A stretch of DNA of 63,862 nt, the filler included, from Collodictyon triciliatum (Eukaryota): the NCBI GenBank assembly GCA_043381765.1. It is 13 parts of 13 records of this genome, joined end to end, with 100 filler letters (N's around TTAATTAATTAA, not from the genome) between each part and the next. Parts side by side here need not be neighbours in the genome. Positions count along the whole stretch, not along the records: positions 59,556 to 61,366 come from JBHJMP010005454.1; positions 61,467 to 63,862 come from JBHJMP010005456.1; 11 more parts are not named here. The stretch is one strand, 5' to 3'. Shown here piece after piece: positions 59,878-63,862 of the stretch; position 1 is the first letter of the stretch; the number at the start of each line of letters is the position of its first letter. Below the pieces are notes generated by a model. The model did no database searches. It had not been told where the DNA came from and was given only the letters and a program-made list of their open reading frames with translations. Position numbers and translations under genes: made by a program.

Positions 59878-60729
59878 TAGAAAACTACCGATTTTTCAAT
59901 TTCAATAAAACTTCAGTCAATTAGTCAATTAAAAAAAACTGCATAAAATCAGTTTATGTAAAATTAAGCATCTACCGAGACTCTCAAAATGTGTATTGTG
60001 GCAAACAAACACACAATCTTTTTTTATAAGTGATTTGAGACAAATCCCTGAGAGCCGATTCGGCGAGTTCGAAAGGACGACCGTATAGCCATTTCGACTG
60101 AAAGTCAACATATCGACTTCAAACAACATGATTACAGCCGCAAGTGTGGATAGTATGCTTTTTTGAAATGCATGTTTGGTGGCAATTTATAGGGTGGGTT
60201 CTGTCTGGGCCAAGGCAAGGGCTTGTTTGTAATCTTGAACTTTAGATGATAGTGATATTATATAAATGAATAGTAATATATATATATATATATATATATT
60301 GGTTACAGGAATAGAATGAGATTATTAAGTATTTTTAACCTTCTTATAATACTAATTTACTGTTATATTATTCTGGTTGTTTCATGGGTTCACCGAAGCT
60401 AGCTTTCGTCAATCCAGATTTAATTCGATGCTTGTCTGTGCAACAAGTTGCTATGTATATGGGTACACTTTCGTTGTATAAATAGTGTTGTGCCTTGAAA
60501 GGGATAAAACCAAGTTCGTCACAACCTTTGTAATAAAGTTTGCCCATTTACAGGCTGAATGAGACCGATAAAACGAAAAGAAAAAGAAAAAGAAAAAGAA
60601 AAAGAAAAAGAAAAGAAAAAGAAAAAGAAAAGAAAAGAAAAGAAAAGGAAAAAGAAAAGAAAAAGAAAAAGGAAAAAAGGAAAAAGGAAAGAAAAGAAAA
60701 GAAAAGGAAAGGAAATGAAAAGAAAAAAT

Positions 60730-61366
60730 TACCGAGGGTTACTAGTGACCAACAGAGTCCATCTCCCAACACACCAACTACAAAGGGGGTGCAGTCAAAA
60801 TCCCAAGACCATCCGACAAATCCTGGCCGAACCGCGAGCAATCATAACACCGGCCAAATGAAGGACACCCCGAGTAAACCATCCCACCCTGAGCAACCCA
60901 GCTCCAGCGGAGAGGGCCAACCACCGGAGGCTACGGCCTCCAAAAGCCAATAGATTATTAATGCGTTTTAGCGTTCTGTCGTGGAACGTTAGGGGGATTA
61001 ACGACCCCCAAAAAAGAGAAGAGGCCCTAAACACTGCTCTTTTCTCTCATGCAGATATCATCTGCCTCCAAGAAACATGGCTCAGCCCTGACAATATAAC
61101 CAATAATGAAATATGGAAACGTCCACAGGTGTGGTCCTGTGATGATAATCAACAGACACGTATATGTAGCGTTTTTATGCAAGAAATGGATAGCCAAACT
61201 CAATCCTCGCTTCAGAGAGATTATTCCTGGCCGCTGCATAAGCTATGATGTCCAAATCGATGAAGCTGACACTCGTATAATGACGACATACATGTCGCTC
61301 CAAACAGCAGGTTCAAATACTAGAATACACGAGTATGAGCTTATCTCTAAGGAGATGGAGTCTGCG
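60730..61366 (+). mobile_element. Non-LTR retrotransposon fragment: end of ORF1 and APE endonuclease start of ORF2 (60961), frameshifted and truncated
   Basis: SWNVRGINDPQKR, ADIICLQETW, then shifted YVAFLCKK..IIPGRCISYDV; Pro/Ser-rich ORF stops 7 bp upstream. Confidence 0.85.
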
Positions 61367-61474
61367 NNNNNNNNNNNNNNNNNNNNNNNNNNNNNNNNNN
61401 NNNNNNNNNNTTAATTAATTAANNNNNNNNNNNNNNNNNNNNNNNNNNNNNNNNNNNNNNNNNNNNAAAAAAAA

Positions 61475-61519
<45 letters not shown>

Positions 61520-61594
61520 TACGCGTGGGTATTCTGGGTTCCCCCGGTATTTTTTTTTTTTTTTTTTTGCATCGTCGCAAGAGAGTTATGTCAC

Positions 61595-63647
61595 CTTGTT
61601 TGATGCTATCACAAGTGTCTTAAGATTTGTCATCATGGTTATGACCTCGGGTAATGTTGATATCTGAATATTATGAAGAACGGAACCATGAAGAAATCAT
61701 TAGTCGATGTATATGGCTGCAAGTTAACACGGTGCATAGCGAAAGGTAAAGAAAAAGAAAAAGAAAAGGAAAAGGAAAAGGAAAAGGAAAAGAAAAGAAA
61801 GAAGAGAGAAAAGACAGTCAATTCATACATATATCAAGATATGTTAAAAACATATTATCCAAACCAAATACCTGGTTCATAGAAATATCTAAGGTCTCCA
61901 AAGACTTCATATGGCATAGAATGATAGGAAAGTCCTTTATCTTAAAGATTGAGTATATGGTTAGTAAACCAAAAGACAATAGAAATCGAAAGAAAGAAAA
62001 AGAAGACAAAAGAAAATGCAAAAGAAAGGGCAATAATATAGAAAAGAAAGAGAAAAGAAAAGATAAAAATTGACGTAAAAATGCAGCATGTAAGAATAGA
62101 AATTATCATGCATGGTTCGGGATACTTACAGTGTTATTATGGAAGCTGATATAATTCAAATCCTTTAACATAGATACGAATGGAGGTATTGCTTGAAGGG
62201 CCATTCCTGCAAAGCTGAGCATCTTCCAGTCTCTTATTTGCTCTTCACTGGGAATAAAAAGATCACCGTGGTCGTCAGCTCCCTGTTTTAAAAAAAATTA
62301 TTCAGAATGAAAGGCATTATGGGTATAAAAAAATTTTGAACGGTAATTTTACACGGGATTATCATATAATTAGGACGAAATTGATCACGAACAACGGTAT
62401 GGTAAAGTGAAATTGGGTAGTCAGCCCAGTCACCCCAAAAAGGAAGAGACTTTATCCCAATAGGGGCACGTTTAACCGGTATACCGCTCTTGTTTTCGAT
62501 CGATAGAATCTTTAACCTCTTCAATTTTGTAATGCTTCGCGGAAGTTCTTCAATCTACAAATAAATTTTTTAATAAGTTGTCCCTAATGAACAAAATTAG
62601 TAGTAAAAAAAGTACCGAGTTTCCATGGATTTTCAACTCTGTCAGAAAATACAGCTTCGATATGCCATATGGCAATGAGGATAAGGAGTTGCCCTCAATG
62701 TAAAGTTCTTTAAGAAAGCTCAACTCAAGTATACCTTTGGGTAATGTTGATAAATTTCTGTTTGTTAAATATAATCCGGTGCAGTTTTCAAGAAGTGACG
62801 GGTAATAACTGGGCCTCAATTCATCCAGATTTTTGATAAGGCCCTTTGAAATAATCAACTTGACAGAGACATCAATATTCATTTCTTCATATCGGTCTAT
62901 GCGTAAATCATCAATCATTACTAAGTTAGTAATCTCAGTTGGCAAACAGGAGATACTGTTAGAGACCAGATTTAAATATTTTAGTTTAGTTAAACACGAT
63001 ATCGTAGTCGGTATACATCGAATGCGATTGGTTGATAGATTTAGCCCTGTAAGAATGATCAAATGCGACAATTCATCAGGAAGAGAAGCTATTTTATTGA
63101 AGGACAATTCCAGGAAAACAAGACTTGTTAGATTTGAGATCGTTTGTGGTATCTCACCCAGGCTATTTTTTGATATGTTGAAGTAATTTAATCTAATCAA
63201 TGAGGATATCTCACACGGCAGGGAAGACACTCGATTTTGACACATGTGAACTGCGGTCAGCTTCGTTAAATTCGAAATGGTTGGCGGTAATGAAGATATT
63301 ATGTTGTTTTGAATATTTAACTCCTCCAAGCTTGTGATGGCCCATAATTCAGGAGGAAGACTCTGTAGTTTATTAGTGGAAAGATCCAAAACTATAAGCT
63401 TAACGAGGCTTGATATCTCTGGCGGGATATGTGTCAACTTGTTTCTCTCTAAGCTGAGCCATACAAGTTGTGTTACTCTAACGACACTTAAGGGAAAATA
63501 TCCAAGGTATTTGCCGCCCAGTGATAAAAGAGTGCAATTCAAAAGCGACCCTTCTATGGGCAAAAAATATGGCTTCAATCTTTTCAATTCTTGTTCGAAA
63601 TACCCTTCCTGAATCTCTCTATTAAAGCAAGCCATGGAACTATACAT
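61595..63647 (-). CDS. Leucine-rich repeat protein (23-aa LRRs), multi-exon, 3'-truncated
   Basis: Repeated LxxLxLxxNxIxxLPxxI; further spliced LRR exons near 62555-62350, 62284-62150, 61940-61872 and 61663-61595. Confidence 0.9.
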
Positions 63648-63765
63648 CCAGAGGTTAGTTGGCTCCTAAACAGCCTGCTTAGTCAACAGGAGGAGGATGG
63701 ATCGTGCAATTTGATGAAGACCAGGATGGTAGCTGGTATATGTTCATTCAAGTTTTGAAAGCTGT

Positions 63766-63861
<96 letters not shown>

Positions 63862-63862
63862 T

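Noticed and set aside
60046-60080. Hammerhead ribozyme (CTGAGA-stem-GAG..GAAA)
   Set aside because: The core is not CUGANGA..GAAA around stem II, and stems I and III cannot be formed

Overview
This is eukaryotic (protist-like) genomic DNA. It is not one locus but 13 unrelated short contigs (mostly ~5.1 kb) joined by 12 artificial 100-bp spacers (44 N + TTAATTAATTAA + 44 N), so adjacency across spacers means nothing. Contig ends and many introns are filled with microsatellites. Recognisable spliced host genes are: a 3R-MYB factor, head-to-head mitochondrial F1 beta and delta subunits, an NHL-repeat protein, Mia40, hyccin/FAM126, UTP20, a Cache-like sensor, the PUL end of PLAA/Doa1, PIG-S, NOL8, a GAIN/GPS + TOM1-like multi-pass receptor and an LRR protein. 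The accessory DNA is the most interesting part. (i) An intronless segment carries a Cys-rich ORF, long hairpins and a Polinton/virophage-type rve integrase (candidate endogenous virophage or Polinton-like element). (ii) A frameshifted N-terminal fragment resembles Fanzor1. (iii) A nested tandem array has a ~55-bp module amplified inside a ~270-bp unit, and it keeps a GAC-GNA-GTC mini-hairpin. (iv) There are two non-LTR retrotransposon remnants. (v) A ~2.4-kb decayed intronless reading frame has no identifiable origin. All family assignments come from motif recognition by eye; no searches were run.
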